From assembly GCA_038087875.1 (NCBI GenBank), contig CM075995.1, forward strand, positions 2,172,001 through 2,236,000: a DNA stretch of 64,000 nucleotides, given 5' to 3'. Positions 49,001-62,992 of the stretch are shown here, in pieces. Position numbers and translations under genes: made by a program. Position 1 is the first letter of the stretch, and each line of letters starts with the position of its first letter. Source of the DNA: Malacoraja senta. Lineage: Eukaryota. The notes beneath the pieces are model-generated. The model made no database searches. It was not told the origin of the DNA and saw only the letters and a list, made by a program, of their open reading frames with translations.

Positions 49001-51134
49001 CATCCTTAAAACTATATAACCTATCTTCTGATCAACCTTTCAATTACCACAATTGCCCCACCATCAGCCCACCCACCCATCTCATAGCTCTCATAGTGTC
49101 ATACAGTCATAGAGTGATACCGTTTGGAAAACAGGCCCTTTAGCCCAACTCGCCCACACCGGCCAACATGACCCAGCTGCACTATTCCCACCTGCCCGCG
49201 TTTGGACCCTATCCCTCCAAACCTGTCCTATCCATGTACCTCTCTAACTTTCTTAAATGTTGGGATAGTCCCAGCCTCAACTACCTCCTCTGGCAGCTTG
49301 TTCCATACACCCACCACCCTTTGTGTGAAAAGGTTACCGCTCAGATACCTATTAAATATTTTCCTCTTCAACTTAAACCTATGTCCTCAGGTCCTCGATT
49401 CACCTTCTCTGGGCATCTACCCGATCTATTCCTCTCGTGGAAAATATTTGTGGAAATATTTTTCTGTGAACAGCGTTTTATAAACTCACAGTGTTTTTGT
49501 CCATGCATGCATTAAGTAATAAGCTGGTCTTATTTATTCACCAAGAAAAATATGAACTGCGTGGAAATCTAAGGGACATTAATATAAACAGTTCATGTTA
49601 TCGTTTTGTAGAACTGACCTGAATGTCTTTCTGTGCCAATAGAGTCTTATTACTGAAAAATTATAATTTGGGTTTACTAAACCTACTGTATGGTGTCATA
49701 AGAACATTTGTACTGTAACCAATATGGCTTTCACAAGGGAACGACAGAATGATTCATTTTTTGGAAGCATTTGAAATATTTGGAGAATTAATTTTTTTGA
49801 CATTTGTGGAGTGAATGTAATTTGCACAGCTATTTGGAATAAATACTAGAGGACACAAAATGCTAGGGTAACTCAGCGGGTCAGGCAGCAGCTCTGGGGA
49901 ACAGGAGTGGGTCAGGACCCTTACTCGTGAATATATCCTAAAATGTTCATTTCAGAGGGTCCCAACCTGAAACATCGCCTACCCATGTTCTCCAGAGATG
50001 CTGCTTGATCCGCTGAGTTACTTCAGCACTTTGTGTCTTTTATTGTAAACCAACGCCTGCAGTTCCTTGTATCTCCTCTCTGGTTCATTTCATTATTTAT
50101 CTCACTGAATGCACAGGAAAAATGAAACATTTTTAGTCTTCATTGTGCAAAAGATTTTCACACCATACTCAGAGAATTAGCATCCAATGAACCAGTGTAA
50201 ACTTGTCTGAGGCAAGCCTCTGGACTCCAGCATAATCAAAGACGAGTCCTCACCGCGGTCACTCCCTCTTCTTCCCTCTCCCATCAGGCAAGAGGGACAG
50301 AAGTTTGAAAACGCACACCTCCAGATTCAGGGACAGTTTCTTCCCAGCCATTATCAGGCGACTGAAAGGGCCTCTCATCAGCTAGAGTGCGGTCCTGCCG
50401 ACCCACCTATCGTTTTGGAGATCTTTGAGCTATCTTTAACCAGACCTTATCTTGCAATAAATGTTGTAACCTTGATCCTTTATCTGTACACTATGGGCGG
50501 CTTGATTGTAATCATGTACACTCTTTCCTTTGACTGGTTAGCACACACCAAAATAGCTGCACCTCGGTACACATGACAATAACTATACTAAACTAAATGC
50601 CCCTTTGTTTGCCCATGGTTGGCATTTAGTATTTAGTTTTTCACTGCTGAATCAGAGGGGATGCAGGAATGACGAAGATTGTCATTTATTCTTCACTTCC
50701 TATATAGGTTCTCCGTTGTACAGTTTTATTCTCCTTCCTGCAAAGACACTAAAGTGTAGGCCTGAACATCTGGGACTTCAGCAGGCAACTATACAAGTAG
50801 TCATGTGTAGTCTTTCTACTGACTGGTCAGCACACAACAAAAGCTTGTCACCGTATCTCGGTACACGTGACAATAAACTAAACTAAACTAAACTAAACTA
50901 TCCAAGTACCTGCCCAAATGGCCCATTAATGTTGTTATAGTAACAGTATTATCAGTTTATTATAATGACACGTCACTTAAACAGTCTGATTCATTCTAAT
51001 TTACATTCCACATTACCTTGCTGCTTCCTTCCTTCAGTTAACCCTGACAGCAGAGCCACTTCTCTCTTGTGGTTCTCTATATTCTCCTTTAATACAACTG
51101 TCTTTTCAATTTGATGATGAGCAGATCGATGGTC

Positions 51135-54100
51135 AGGGCAGATGCAAGGGGCATGATGGGTAAGGCAGATGAGCTTGGGGCGTGGATAGGTACGAGCGAC
51201 TGGGGCATGGTAGCCATGACTGAAACCTGGTAAAGGGAGGGGCAGGACTGGCAGCTCAATGTTCCGGGGTACAGGAGCTTCAGGAGAGACAGGGGTGAGG
51301 GAAAAAGAGGAGGAGGGGGGGGTTGCATTGTTGGTTAAGGAGGATGTCACGGCTTGTTCAGAGGTGACATTACGGATGGTTCGTCTAGTGAGGCTATATG
51401 GGTGGAGCTGAGGAACAAGAATGGGATGATCACCTTGTTGGGGGTGTACTACAGACCCCCGAATAGTCAACGGGAATTAGAAGAGCAAATATGCCGGGAG
51501 ATTGCAGACAGCTGCAGGTCAAATAAGGTTGTTGTAGTGGGGGATTTCAACTTTCCCAATATAGACTGAGAAAATCAAAGCATGAAGGGTTTAGATGGGG
51601 TGCAATTCCTCAAAAGTGTTCAGGAGAGTATGTGGAGGCCCCCACACGTGAGAGGGCAACGCTGGATCTAGTATTGGGATATTGGGAAGGGCAAGTTAAT
51701 GAAGTGTATGTGGAGGAGCCTTTTGGGACCAGTGACCATAGTTCGATTAGGTTTAAGATAGTTATGGATCGGGATGGAGAGGGTCCACGTGTCAAAATGC
51801 TCAACTGTGGTAAGGCCAACTTTGAGAGGATGAGATAAGGTCTCCCTCAAGTTGACTGGAGCAGGTTATTAGAGGGGAAAGGAACATCGGCCTAGTGGGA
51901 TGTTTTTAAAAGTGTACGGACAAAAGCTCAGGATGTGTACGTCCCCGTTAGAGTGAAGGGCAAAGCAGGCAAACGTAAGGAAGCTTGGCTGACGAGGGAA
52001 ATTGAGACGTTAGTCAAAAACAAGAAGGATACATGGGACAGGTATAGGCAGCTGGGATCAAGTGCATCCCTGGAGGGGTTTTTGGAACTAAGGAGTAAAC
52101 TGAAAAAGGAGATCAAAAGGGCAAAAAGGGGCCAGGAGATAGCTTTGGCAGGTAGCATAAAAGACAATCCCAAAAGATTTTATAACTACAGAAGGAGGAA
52201 AATGGTAACTAGAGAGAGAGTGGGAACTCTCAGGAATCAAAGCGGTCACCTCTGTGTGGAGCCACAGGAGATGGGCAAGGTCCTCAATGAGTATTTCTCC
52301 TCTGTATTTACCGAGGAGAAAGACAGTAGGACGGAGGAACTTGGAGCAGTCACTGGAAGTGTCTTGAGAGCAGTCAGTGTTACTGTCGAAGAAGTACTGA
52401 AGGTGCTGTCGTGTTTGAAGGTAGACAAATCTCCAGGGTCTGATCAGATATATCCGAGGTCATTGCGGGAAACTAGAGAGGAAATTGCAGGAGCCCTGGT
52501 TGAAATTTATGAGTCGTCCTTAAATACAGGAGAGGTGCCAGAGGATTGGACGGTGGCAAATGTTGTGCCTCTTTTCAAGAAGGGCTGCAGGGAAAATGCT
52601 GGGAACTATCGGCCGGTGAGCTTAACACCTGTAGTTGATAAGTTACTGGAGAATATTCTGAGGGATAGGATATACAGGCATTTGGATGGGCAAAGGCTGA
52701 TTAGGGATAGTCAGCATGGTTTTGTACGTGGGAGGTCGTGTCTCACAAATCTTATTGATTTTTTTGAAGACTTCCGACAAGAAGTAGCCATTGTGAAGTA
52801 AAGCAAAACTCACAAAAGATAAAATAAAAACCGTTAGACAAGAGGAGTGGATAAGACCACTTCTGACACCATGTAAATCACTTCAAACAGTATAAGATTT
52901 ACACACATCTTTAAACAGCACATTAACTTGGCAGCATTACAAAACGAGGTGTTGTCAGTTCATCCTGGCTGCTTCAACTAACGGTGCTGGGAATGGGCGT
53001 TAGTATAAATGTTATAATGGGTGGAGTTAGTGATGCTGGCTAAGTGTGATTGATTCACATGCATCATCAATCTACAATAAGCAAAACAGTTGATGAAGGC
53101 AGAGCTGTAGATGTTGTGTAAGGCATTCAACAAGGTGCCGCATGGCTGGAAGGTTAGATCTCATGGGATCTAAGGAGAGATGGCTGAATGGATAACAAAT
53201 TGGCTCCATGGAAGGAAGCAGAGGGTGATGGTGGAATGTTGCTTCTCAGAATGGAGGCCTGTGTGTTTCAGGGTTCGGTGCTGGCCCTGTTACTGTTTGT
53301 CATGTACATCAATGATTTGGATGAGAACATACATGGCAATATTAGCAAGTTTGCTGATTACACAATGTTAGTGGTTTTGCAGATAGTGAAGATGGTTGTG
53401 AAAGATTGCAGCAGGATCTGGATCGAAGTGGCCAGGTGGGCGGAGGAATGGTTGATGGAATTTAATACAGAGAAGTCTGAGGTGTTGCATTTTGGGACGT
53501 CGAACAACGGCAGGACTTACACAGTGAATGGTAGGCCTCTGGGTAGTGTTGTAGAGCAGAGGGATCTAGGAGTACAAGTACATGGCTCCTTGAAGGTCGA
53601 GTCACAGGTAGATAAGGAGGTCCAAAAGGCTTTTGGCACTTTGGCCTTCAACAGTCAGTGTATTGAGTATAGAAGTTGGGAGGTCATGTTGCAGTTGTAT
53701 AAGACGTTGGTGAGACCGCATTTAGAATATTGTGTTCAGTTCTGGGCACCATGTTATAGGAAATATATTGTCAGGCTTGAAAGGGTTCAGAAAAGATTTA
53801 CGAGGATGTTATAGACAATAGACAATAGACAATAGGTGCAGGAGTAGGCCATTTGGCCCTTCAAGCCATTCAATGTGATCATGGCTGATCATCCCAAATC
53901 AGTACCCCATTCCTGCCTTCTCCCCATATCCCCTGACTCCGCTATTTTTAAGAGCCCTATCTAGCTCTCTCTTAAAAGCATCCAGAGAACCTGCCTCCAC
54001 GGCCCTCTGAGGCAGAGAATTCCACAAACCACTCTCTGTGAGGAAAAGTGTTTCCTCGTCTCTGTTCCAAATAGCTTACTCCTTATTTTTAACTGTGGCC

Positions 54101-55155
54101 CCTGGTTCTGGACTCCCCCATCGGGAACATGTTTCCTGCCTCTAGTATGTCCAAGCCCTTAACAATCTTATATGTTTCAATGAGATACCCTCTCATCCTT
54201 CTAAACTCCAGAGTGCACAAGCCCAGCTGCTCCATTCTCTCAGCATACGACAGTCCCGCCATCCCGGGAATTAACCTTGTAAACCTACGCTGCACTCCCT
54301 CAATAGCAAGAATGTCCTTCCTCAAATTAGGGGACCAAAACTGCACACAATACTCCAGGTGTGGTCTCACTAAGGCTCTGTACAACTGCAGAAGGACCTC
54401 TTTGCTCCTATATTTGATTCCTCTCGTTATAAAGTCCAGCATGCCATTCGCTTTCTTCACTGCCTGCTGTACCTGCATGCTTACTTTCATAGACTGATGT
54501 ACAAGGGCCCCCAGATCCCGTTGTACTTCCCCTTTTCCCAACTTGGCGACATTTAGATAGTATCTGCCTTCCTGTTTTTGCTACCAAAGTGGATAACCTC
54601 ACATTTATCCACATAAACCTTCATCTGCCATGCATCTGCCCACTCCCCCAACCTGTCCAAGTCACCCTGCATTCTCATAGCAGGACTATGTTGCCAGGAC
54701 TAGAGTGTGTGAGCCAGAGGGAGAGGTTAAGTAGGCTGGGATTTTATTTCATGGAGCGTAGGAGGACGAGGGGAGATCTTATAGAGGTGTATAAAATCAT
54801 GAGATGAATCGATCGGGTAGATGCACAGAGTATTTTAACCAGAGTAGGGGAATCGAGGACCAGAGGACATAGGTTCAAGGTGAAGAGGAAAAGATTTAAT
54901 AGGAATCCGTGGGGTACCTTTTTCACACAGAGGGTGGTGGGTGTATGGAACAAGCTGCCAGAGGAGATAGTTGAGGCTGGGAATATCCCATCATTTAAGA
55001 AACAGTTAGACAGGTACATGGATAGGACAGGTTTGGAGGGTTATGGACCAAGCGCAGGCAAGTGGGACTAGGGTAGCTGGAATATTGATGGACGGTGTGG
55101 GCGAGATGGCTGAAGGGCCTGTTTCCACTGTATCTATAACTCTAACTCTATGACT
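51135..55155 (+). mobile_element. Long CR1 (HER1-type) LINE, decayed ORF2, twice interrupted
   Basis: APE motifs (AMTETW, GVYYRPP, VVGDFNFP, TSDH), RT (NYRPVSLT, QHGFVRGRSCLTNL, QGSVL..YINDLD..KFAD), RPHLEYCVQFW; tail shared with HE1 SINE. Inserts at 52771-53081 and 53811-54682. Confidence 0.93.
53811..54682 (-). mobile_element. Younger CR1 3' fragment nested in the plus-strand CR1
   Basis: Near-identical to 8043-8920; host reads ..gaggatgtt|insert|..atgttgccagg. Confidence 0.92.
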
Positions 55156-55959
55156 CTGAGGGGTAACATTTTCACACAACGGGTGGTGAAACATCTAGAC
55201 ACGTTCATGGATAGTACTGGTTTATAGGGTAATTTTTTCATTATTAATGTTTAATGTTTTATGTGTCATTCCTAACTGTCACTGTATGTCATGTTGTCAC
55301 TTGCAGGCAGAGCGCCAAGGCAAATTCCTTGTATGTGAATATACTTGGCCAATAAACATATTCATTCATTCAAATGGGACATGTTGTCCGGTATGGGTCA
55401 GTTGGGCTGAAGGGCCTGCTTCCACTCGGTATGACTATGACACTAGCCGCTTTTACGAGGCTCACATAAGCTCAATGGGGTAAATCAATTTCTAGATAAA
55501 TATCCCCGATAAATCAGTTGATACCCCACACAATATTTGAGTGGGTATCAGCCTAGAACACAATGCCAAAGGCATAAGTTGTTGACAAAGAGTACTGGTG
55601 ATAATAATAAAGCAGCTGAATGATTGAAGAAATTACTCTTTAACAACTGTAGGAAAGATGCACGATAATGTTACCAACTTCACTACAATTGCTGAAATAC
55701 ATTTGTAGGCAATTCTTGCAGAGTGTTATTTTATGCTTTTCCTACACCAGAAATTGGAGAAAATATTCAGTGCGTTTATACTGATGGAAATTCAGGGAAA
55801 TTCTGCTATTATTCAACTACCATGTTGCTTTAGTTTCATATAGCTTACTCACTACAAGAATATTATACTTTTAGTGCATGCTGCTTTTCACTGCCATGTT
55901 GCTTAATTTGTTCCTCCATTTTGGACATGTTCTTCATTGCTTAATTTATTCAGCACATA

Positions 55960-56470
55960 CACATTGGTTTGGGAACAGCTCCATCCGAGAGCGCAACAAA
56001 TTGCAGAGAATTGTGGACGCAGCCCAGACCATCACACAAACCAACCTCCCTTCCATTGACTCCATTTATACCTCAAGCTACCTCGGCAAGGCCAGCAGCA
56101 TAATCAAGGATGAGTTGTACCCTGGCCACTCCCTCTTCTCCCCTCTGCCATCGGGCAAAAGGTATAGAAGTGTGAAAGTGCACACCTCCAGATTCAGGGA
56201 CAGTTTCTTCCCAGCTGTTATCAGGCAACTGAACCATCCTACCACAACTAGAGAGCAGTCCTGAACTGCTAGCTTCCTAATTGGTGACCCTAGGACTATC
56301 TTTAATCGGACTTTACTGGCTTTATCTTGCACTAAATGTTATTCCCTTTATCATGTATCTGTACACTGTGAATGGCTCGATTGTAATCACGTATTGTCTT
56401 TCCACTGACTGGTTAGCATGCAACAATAGCTTTGCACTGTGACAATAAACTAAACTAAACTAAACTAAAC
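55960..56470 (+). mobile_element. Rex1/Babar 3' fragment
   Basis: WFGNSSIRERNKLQRIV..LPSGKRYRSVK..RFRDSFFPAVIRQLN and (ctaaa)n tail. Confidence 0.9.
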
Positions 56471-58389
56471 ATAGCTTTTTTCCAGAATTAATTTAAAAAA
56501 TGCTGGATCTCCACACCTGCGGAAATAATAAATTAATATCTACAAAATCACTTTTGGCAAAGACATTGATACATATTCAATATAAAATTCCCTGGAGCAA
56601 TAAATGGGTTATGGGATTTCATAAGTGATAGGAGCAGAATTAGGCCATTCAGCCCATCAAGTCTACTCCGACATTCAATTATGGCTGATCCTGCTCTCCT
56701 CGATATCAAACAGCTGTTACCTTCAAAGAACAGTCGACAAATAATTCAGAAATATTGAACTTTAATCACGAGATAATTTGAATAGCACTTAAATGTTGTT
56801 ACACTGCAGTAGTTTACTTGGAATGAATGAATGAATGAATACTTTATTGTCATGCGTGACCAGTCACAGTCGAATTCTTTGCTTGCATACCCAGGGTATG
56901 CAAATAGTCGCTGCATATGGCCTCAAACAAAGTTATAAAGTATACGCAGTATACTCGTCAGGTCCCCCTTTGTTCTAACCCCCCCACGGCAGTCCCCTCT
57001 TGCCAGATCATCCATTGTGTATCATTGCCTTTACAATTAAAACACAAAGTACTTGTGCTACAACTTCAGGATAAGCGTCAACTAAAAAAACCAAGCCCAA
57101 AACCAAAGTATTATCTAACTAAATACACCAACTTACAATAAATGGCTCCATATGCAACAAAAACCAGCTACCCACATATTAATTAGCTGTTAAATAAACT
57201 AATCCCAAAGATGGAAGTATATCCTTGTGGTTATCAAATGGGCACCACCTTTCATTGGTGTTTCGTTGAGATAGGCCCACAATACCTCTGGAAGGCTCAA
57301 CAGTTGGTTCTGGCATCCCAAAACAACCCCCACCCCATGGATAGGTGACGTTTAGGCTGGGACCCTTCGTCAGATTGGATTACGGATGTCAGGGGTTATG
57401 GGGTGAAGGCAGGAGAATGGGGTTGAGAGAGAAAGACAAATCAGCCATGATTGAATGGCAGAGTAGACTCGATGGGTTGATTGGCCTAATTCTGCTCCTA
57501 TAACTTCTGAACTTATGAAGAAAGGTCCAGACCTGAAACGTCGCCAATCCATGGACGCTACCTGTATGGAGTTTGTATCTTCTCCCCGTGGCCTGTGTGA
57601 GTTTTCTCCCAGAACTTCGCTTTCCTCCCACACCCCAAAGACGTACATGTTTTGTAGGTTAATTGGCTTTGGTATAAATGAAAAAATTGTCCCTTGTGTA
57701 GGATGGAAGAACCTGATTCCGAGCTGTATGAAAAAAAAATTAAAAATATATATGAAAGGAAGGGGAACGTTACCAATGGGAGAGCCCTGATAAACCAGAT
57801 GGTCCACTGCTGTGATGTTATAAGACAAGAATTAGTGCCATGCCTCTGCTGTTTACTCGAAGCAATGTGTTTTTACTCATTTCAAGTACATAATATATCC
57901 AATTCCTTTCTGAAAAGTATAACTGCCCTTCTTCCACTAACCTTTTAGTTAGAAAATTCCAGATAAATGATTAATGGCCCACTGTTTTCTCGACCAATTT
58001 TCTAAATGTTTCCCATCTCCCTGCCAGTGGAAACAGCCTTTTTCTATCTGCCCCGTCAAATCCCTGGAATATTTTGCAAAGCACCTCTTTAATCTCCTGT
58101 GTACTGAAAGAGAACCAACTCACCCTAAAAAAGGGAGCAAAATATCCACTAAAGAGCAAGTCACCATTATCTTCAGCGGCCTTCCCGTTACAAGTGAATC
58201 TGCACCCCCCCCCCCCCCCACCATCCCCCCTCACCCCCGAAGGTTTCAGCTCCTGATGGAATGAGGGCACAATTCTTTCCATATCAACCTCTCATTAACT
58301 GCAACGCTGAAGAGAAATACTCGTATCCTTTTGACCGCATCCTTTTATTAAAAATATGCTTTTTATACATCTACATTCCATACATGATT

Positions 58390-58670
58390 GCAATCTAATG
58401 CAAGTCTGCTTTCAATACCATTATCCCATCCCAGCTCATCTCCAAACTCGTGGAACCTGGAGTCAGCGCTGGAGTCTGCAATAGGATCCTCGACTTCCTG
58501 ACCAACAGATCACAATCATTGAGGAAAGGGGACACATTGTCCTCTGCAATAATCCTTAATATTGGTACCCCACACGGACACATTTTCAGACCCCTTCTTT
58601 ACTCCTTATACATCCACGCCTGTACAGCCGAATATAAATCCAACTCACTTTACAAATTCGTAGATGACTG
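58390..58670 (+). mobile_element. Rex1/Babar RT fragment
   Basis: SAFNTIIP..CNRILDFLTNRSQ..LNIGTPHG..PLLYSLY..KFVDD. Confidence 0.85.
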
Positions 58671-59134
58671 GATAGCTCTCAACAAAAAGCTTATACAATA
58701 GACAATAGACAATAGGTGCAGGAGTAGGCCATTTGGCCCTTCGAGCCATTCAATGTGATCATGGCTGATCATCCCTAATCAGTACCCCGTTCCTGCCTTC
58801 TCCCCATATCCCCTGACTCCGCTATTTTTAAGAGCCCTATCTAGCTCACTCTTGAAAGCATCCAGAGAACCTGCCTCCACCGCCCTCTGAGGCAGAGAAT
58901 TACACAGACTCGCCACTCTCTGTGAGAAAAAATGTTTCCTCGTTTAACTTCAGTACACGTGATAATAAACTAAACTAAACTGTCTTTGACATTTCCCTTC
59001 CTGAGAAAGTAGATAAGTAAGTACGTTTATTGGCCAAGAATTCACATACAAGGAATTTGCCTTGGTGCTCCGCCCCATGGAAAAGGTTATGACTGTCTAC
59101 CCCTATCCAGCCCTCTCATAATTTTATACGCTTA

Positions 59135-59426
59135 TGGGCCTGTCCTAATTATGTTACTTTTTCGGCGACTGCCGGCACCCGTTATAGGTCGTTGCAGGTC
59201 ACCGAAAATTTTCAACATGTTGAAAATCCAGCGGCGACCAGAACAAGGTACGACTCTTTGTGCGACTATTCACGACCATACAGGCTTCACCCCGCGCGCG
59301 ACATGTCACCGATGTGTCACCTGTATGGTTGTGAGTATTCTCCTCAGTCGCCCAAAGAGTCATAGTGTCTCTCTGGTCACCGCTGGATTTTCAACACAAA
59401 AAAGTCACATAAGTGGGACAGGCCCA
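59135..59426. mobile_element. PIF/Harbinger-type MITE
   Basis: TTA TSD (59132-34 / 59427-29); TIR TGGGCCTGTCC / GGACAGGCCCA. Confidence 0.88.
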
Positions 59427-61254
59427 TTAGAGTTCATGTTCATAAGATCATGTGATAGTAGCAGAATTAGGTCATTCGGCCCATCAAGTCTACTCTGCCA
59501 TTCAATCATGGCTGATCTATCTCTCCCTCCTAACCCCATTTTCTTGCCTTCTCCCCATAACCCCACACAACTGCACCAATCAAGAAACTATCTTTGCCTT
59601 AAAAATATCCACTAACCTGGCCTCGATAGCCCTCTGTGGAAATGAATTCCACAGATTCACCACCCTCTGACTAAATAAATTTCTCCTCATCTCCTTCCTA
59701 AAGGAACGGCCTTTAATTCTGAGGCTATGACTATGGCTATGAAACATCCTCTCCACATCTGAGAAGAGGGTCTCGACCTAAAATGTCACCCATTCCTTCT
59801 CTCCAGAGATGCTGCCTGTCCCGCTGAGTTACTCCAGCATTTTGTGTCTATTTTTCGGTTTAAACAGCATCTGCAGTTCCTTCCCGCACTCTCCACACCC
59901 ACTCTATCCAGGCCTTTCACTATTCGGTAAGTTTCAATGAGGTCCCCCACCACATCTTTATAAGCTCCAGCGAGTACAGGCCCAGTGCTGTCAAACGCTC
60001 ATCGTATGTTAACCCACTCATTCCTGGGATCAATGTCGTATCATGATCTCTAGTTGTGGTGGAGATCATGATCAGGTAGAGCACTCACTCACCTGGAAAG
60101 GCTACGCAACATGGAGGCAGACAGCTGTGACAGATGTTCTTTTTGCTCATTTCCGATTTGTAAACTCTATTATTTGTTTGCTTCCATGATCTTTTCATTG
60201 CCTTGATAACCAATGCGGCAGTTCCCTTCTGCTAAAACATTAATCAACAACTTGACATATTTTCAAACACCACGCCCAACACCTCTGCTTTCAATTATCT
60301 CATTGCACTTGGATCCAGCCTGCCCTGGTTAGTCATTTCGTTGATCATCAGGTACACCCATTCTTACTCAAATATTTATATCAACACATAATTTTCTTCT
60401 CAAGCTCTGATGGATTTTGCCTTTCTTCCATTGCAACTGAATTTACCTTCTGGAGAAAAACTGGCGTAAAAAAAATTCATTGTAGGTGCTAATATTTCCA
60501 CTTCACCTCCTGTACCGAAGGAATAATGTAGAGCCACATTTGCTGTCATTGAATCGTGCTGTTAAGCAGAAGCCTCATCTAGTTTTTTCATAGACACAGC
60601 GCGGAAACAAGCCCTTCGGCCCACCGAGTCCGCGCCGGCCAGCGATCCCCACACACTTACACTATCCTACACACACAGGGGACAATTTACAATTATACCA
60701 AGCCAATTAACCTACAAACCTGTACGTCTTTGAAGTGTAGGTGTGGAGACAGCAAAATTCTGGAGTAACTCAGTGGGACAGGCAGCATCTCTGGATAGAA
60801 GGAATGGGTGACATTTCGGGTCGAGGCACCTTCTTCAGACTGTCAGGGGAGAGGGAGATACAGAGACAAGGGAGTGTAAGGTGTGAAAACGAGTCAAAAG
60901 GGTTGGAGATCAAGGAAAATGTAGAATAGATCATTGTTAGCTAGGAGAAGGTAACAACAAAGCAAACGGAGATAAAAATGTAATGGAGGATACAGTTGAT
61001 AGAAGCCTGGAGTCAAAGGATTAGATGGGTGTTTGCATTCAGAATAATGGGATGAGCTTCAAGGCAGAGAGAGGCTAGGGCAAAGAGACATGAGGTTTCT
61101 AAATCAGAGCCATGGAGAACATTGACTAATGTGCTTTCCCCACACTCTGTGATCAGGCTTCTGAACGGTCCCTCCATAAGCTAGGTACTGTCCGATTCAC
61201 CTCTATCCCATTGCCGATATTGGATATTGTCTACAGAATGGCAAGTTGGTGCAG

Positions 61255-62030
61255 TGGCGTGGCATATTGGCGCAGCTGGTAGAGCTGCTGCCTCACAGCA
61301 CCAGAGGACCTGGTACAATCCTGACCTCAGGTGCCTGTCTGTGTTGAGTTTGCACATTGTCCCTGTTTCCTGCGGGTCCTTCCATTTCCTCCCACATCCC
61401 AAACCCGTGCTGGTTTGTAGGTTAATTAGTCTCTGTGAATTGCCCCGAGTATGTCGGGAGTGGATGAGAAAGTGGGAGAGCGTAGGACTAATGCGAACGG
61501 TTGTTCGATGGTTGGTGTGGACTCGGTGGGCCGAAGGGCCTGTTTCCGTGCTGTATCTCCGAACAATGTTGAGAACCACCTTCATTCTGCACTTCATACT
61601 TTCCCCTTTGCTCTACCTTTTAAAGTTGAATTTGGCTTGATTATATTTACATACAGCATTATCTGATCAGATAGCATAGAAAGCAAAGCTTTTCTCTGTA
61701 CTTCGGTACATGGGCCAACAATAAACCTAAACCTGAGCCTGTACAAGAATTAGTTTAGTTTGGAGATACAGCGTTGAAAGAGGCCCTTTGGCCCAACGAG
61801 TCCACGCCGACCAGCAATCCCCGTACACTAGCACTATCCTGCACGCACTAGGGACATTTTTTTCATTTATACCAGGTGCAAACATGTACGTCTTTGGAGT
61901 GTGGGAGGAAACCAAAGATCTCGAAGAAAACCCAAACAGGCCCCGGGGAGAACGTACAAACGCCATACAGACAGCACCCGTAGTCAGGATCGTAAGACAG
62001 CAACTCTACCGCTGCGCCAACGTGCCGCCC
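61255..62030. mobile_element. Two HE1/V-SINE copies (about 61255-61560 plus; 61750-62030 minus) around a LINE-tail remnant
   Basis: Head, V-domain and tail recognisable in both. Confidence 0.82.
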
Positions 62031-62466
62031 ATAATTTGGCTTCTTTGTATTCATGCACAGCATTATCTGATCAGATAGAATGCAAAAAAAATCTTTTCAC
62101 TGTACTTGGGTACACCTGCCAATAATAAAGCTAGATCTTGCTGGAGATCATGCAAGCTAAGGCACCAGTGGAAATGCCATAATGTTAGTTGATTCCAGAG
62201 CTTATGGATTGTAAACGGAAAGAAAGAGCAAAGATTTCATTGGAGACACAAAGAACTGCAGATACCAGAATCTTGCGTAGAACGGTGGATCCGTTTGATT
62301 TGTACGTGTGTCAGCGTTATGGGGAGAAGGCAGGAGAATGGGGTTGATAGGGAGAGATAGATCAGCCATGATTGAATGGCGGAGTAGACTCGATGGGCCG
62401 AATGGCCTAATTCTGCTCCTAGAACTTATGAACACAAAGTGCTGAAGTAACTCAGTGGGTCAGGCA

Positions 62467-62992
62467 TAGGGTTGCCAACTGTCCCGTATTAGCCGGGACA
62501 TCCCGTATATTGGACTAAATTGATTAGTCCCATACGGGCCTACCCTTGTCCTGTATTTGACTGTTACTACTCGGGTCGAGGGGACTGTCGGGTCGGAGCG
62601 CCGCGTCCGGCCCTGCCTCACCCGTCCCGGCATAGTGCAGCCCATGGAGTGCAGCAGCAGCAGCAGCAGCGCCTCGCCCGTGGTCCCGTCGGTCGGCAGC
62701 CCGGCCAGCTGTCTGACCTTCGCTTACCGCCGACACCACCACCCCTCCTTCTCATGGCCGGTCATTGGTTCATAAGTTGGATGAGGTGCCGGACTTTGCG
62801 CGTGACGTCGCGCGGCCCGGGCCAAAACCCCTCAGATGGCCCGCCGGCTGGGCTTTGTGTGCAGTCCAGCACCCGGGCCAACTCATCATTCACCCAGCCA
62901 CGGCCGAGTCGGTCAACGAATTGCCGTCGGGAATTTGTCCCTTATTTTGACCTTTTGTCCCTTATTTGGGAGTGAGAACGTTGGCAACCCTA
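62467..62992. mobile_element. Non-autonomous hAT transposon (526 bp) nested in a Penelope repeat
   Basis: 13-bp perfect TIR TAGGGTTGCCAAC / GTTGGCAACCCTA; 8-bp TSD GTCAGGCA / GTCAAGCA; GC-rich interior with (CAG)n. Confidence 0.92.

Noticed and set aside
59151..59615. 154-aa ORF
   Set aside because: Chance read-through across a Harbinger MITE and an antisense CR1 UTR.
60093..60231. Possible 139-nt minus-strand exon with strong donor CAG|GTGAGT
   Set aside because: Weak acceptor, unrecognisable peptide, antisense to the inferred host gene and unsupported by other exons.
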